Shown here: piece after piece, positions 41,545-42,576 of the stretch
Layout of the letters: each line of letters opens with the position of its first letter
Position numbering within the stretch: position 1 is the stretch's first letter
DNA from: a virus
Virus record (IMG/VR): IMGVR_UViG_3300016665_000124
Strand: one strand, 5' to 3'
Length of the DNA: 42,576 nucleotides
Program-made: the position numbers and the translations under genes
The notes under the pieces: model-generated
Told to the model about the DNA's origin: nothing
What the model saw: the letters and a program-made list of their open reading frames with translations, nothing else
The model's database searches: none

Positions 41545-41575
41545 CCACCGACTTCCGTGCGCTTTGCGCTGAGCT
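41529..41575 (+). repeat. 47-nt direct repeat partner of 369-415
   Basis: One mismatch (41549 C versus 389 T). Spans the ENAQ-stop / MTTDFRALCAEL-start junction. Confidence 0.9.
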
Positions 41576-41978
41576 GGCAGACGAGTTGACTCAATTCAAT
41601 GCTTGGTACATCGAAGACAACGGCTACGGCTTGCCAGCCCTTGAGGCACTGCTGCGCCGCAGCGACGCCGCCTTAGCACAGTCAGATGAACTGGCTGTGC
41701 CCGAGGGCAGGGAACCAGCTAAGACGGAGCTACGGCAAGTCTTTGATGACCACTCTGGTTACATCAATGACGAGCAGGTGATGTGGTGGGGCGACTTTCA
41801 CGCAGCCGCCCGCCGCCCCAAGCCACCGAGCTTGGCAGAGGAGGCGCTGAAAGCACTGCAGGATCAAATCGACACATCTTTCAAAATATCTTCCGAAGCG
41901 CAAGAACGTGCTAACACCATACGCGCCGCCCTTGAGAGGCTGAAGGAGCTGGAGCAGCTTTCCGACGATCAAGGCTGA
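41541..41978 (+). CDS. Chimeric family member with the MTTDFRALCAEL N-module and the AARRPKPPSLAE...ERLKELEQ C-module
   Basis: 145 aa. It combines the N-terminal module of the 55 and 381 ORFs with the C-terminal module of the 40315 ORF. Confidence 0.65.
   Translation: MTTDFRALCAELADELTQFNAWYIEDNGYGLPALEALLRRSDAALAQSDELAVPEGREPAKTELRQVFDDHSGYINDEQVMWWGDFHAAARRPKPPSLAEEALKALQDQIDTSFKISSEAQERANTIRAALERLKELEQLSDDQG
41814..41849 (+). repeat. 36-nt perfect direct repeat, partner at 40531-40566
   Basis: gccgcccgccgccccaagccaccgagcttggcagag is identical in both ORFs. Confidence 0.9.
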
Positions 41979-42016
41979 GTCGTTAACCCTGCCACTTCCC
42001 CTTACTACTTTCTCTC

Positions 42017-42334
42017 ATGGAAACCTCTGTCACTCAAATCCAGATCAACGGAGTTGATTATGTTCGCGCTGATTCCGTTCTTGGCACCAATCCCAATGGC
42101 AATCGCGCTGTTGTGGTGGTCGATCGCGGCTGGATCTTTGCCGGTGATGTTACCCGCGAAAATGGTCGTATTCGCTTGAGCCGTGCGCTGCATGTGTTCA
42201 AATGGGATTCCATTGGCTTTGCCAAGATGGTTGAAACGGCAAATGCGGATCTGCGGCCTATTGCTGATGTGGATCTTCCGGAAGGCGCTGAGATTTTCTG
42301 CGTGCCGGTGTCTGATAATTGGGGGCTCAAGTGA
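42017..42334 (+). CDS. Hypothetical protein
   Basis: 105-aa ORF (…RAVVVVDRGWIFAGDVTRENGRIRLSRALHVFKW…). Its stop overlaps the next ATG (TGATG). Confidence 0.55.
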   Translation: METSVTQIQINGVDYVRADSVLGTNPNGNRAVVVVDRGWIFAGDVTRENGRIRLSRALHVFKWDSIGFAKMVETANADLRPIADVDLPEGAEIFCVPVSDNWGLK

Positions 42335-42576
42335 TGACTGAATTGATGCGCCCTGTTAGCTACGGCGACGGCTTCGGCGACGGCAACGGCGACGGCTTCG
42401 GCGACGGTTACGGCTACGGCTACGGCTACGGCTACGGTTACGGCTACGGCTACGGCTACGGCTACGGCTACGGCTACGGCTACGGCTACGGCGACGGTTA
42501 CGGTTACGGAAACGGCGACGGAAACGGCTACGGCTACGGCTACGGCTACGGCTTCGGCTTCGGCTGCGGCGACGGC
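42334..42576 (+). CDS. (X-Gly)36 Tyr/Gly-rich repeat protein, 5' part (continues at nt 23-58 after the junction; about 92 aa in total)
   Basis: MTELMRPVS followed by 36 strictly alternating X-G dipeptides (X = 21 Y, 7 D, 4 F, 3 N, 1 C), then NCSPHRNRRAK after the junction. Confidence 0.55.
   Translation, partial: MTELMRPVSYGDGFGDGNGDGFGDGYGYGYGYGYGYGYGYGYGYGYGYGYGYGDGYGYGNGDGNGYGYGYGYGFGFGCGDG
42409..42492 (+). repeat. Hexanucleotide microsatellite (TACGGY)14
   Basis: 14 consecutive TACGGC/TACGGT units. Related GAC/TTC/AAC-GGC units extend the periodicity from 42361 to the window end. Confidence 0.95.

Noticed and set aside
1-42576. Lysogeny module (integrase, CI-like repressor, attP) or prophage boundaries
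   Set aside because: I saw no tyrosine or serine recombinase motifs in any frame. The only weak integrase-arm/AP2-like resemblance (2711-3079) lacks a catalytic domain, so no integration function is claimed.

Overview
The window looks like a complete, circularly closed genome of a tailed dsDNA phage with a long non-contractile, lambda-like tail. The first 22 nt are identical to the last 22 nt, so the unique length is about 42,554 bp, and one ORF reads in frame across that junction. Genes form two divergent arms that start at a compact palindromic switch near 33.7 kb and converge near 3.2 kb.

Leftward arm (minus strand, 33.7 kb down to 3.2 kb), in transcription order:
- RHH regulator, primase/SF3-helicase fusion, an iteron-flanked AT-rich candidate origin, and a beta-clamp homolog.
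- Small and large terminase, a polybasic protein, portal, Mu-F/SPP1-gp7-like head protein, three small basic proteins, scaffold, and major capsid.
- Connector and neck proteins, two tandem tail-tube paralogs, and G/GT chaperones with a canonical A7 -1 frameshift site.
- Tape measure, then lambda M-L-K-I-J homologs; the J homolog is 1847 aa with ten FN3-like repeats.
- Tail fibre, a lysis-like cassette, dCTP deaminase, and an HNH endonuclease.

Rightward arm (plus strand, 33.7 kb through the junction to 3.2 kb):
- HNH endonuclease, wHTH protein, SF2 helicase, VRR-NUC nuclease, RecE-like exonuclease, RecT/Bet-like annealing protein, and SSB.
- About 30 small accessory ORFs, mostly joined by ATGA start/stop overlaps.

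I found no integrase, DNA polymerase, tRNA, rRNA or CRISPR array.

Most unusual observations:
- A strictly alternating (X-Gly)36 Tyr/Gly repeat protein, encoded on a TACGGC hexanucleotide microsatellite at the contig junction.
- A mosaic paralog family with near-identical 36-47 nt DNA blocks bracketing a roughly 1.4 kb cassette.
- A 12-copy iteron origin candidate next to an orphan beta-clamp gene.
- A signal-peptide RlpA/DPBB-like protein preceded by two tiny membrane ORFs in the early arm.
- Duplicated tail-tube and neck-region genes.

All homology calls rest on motif recognition by eye, not database searches.
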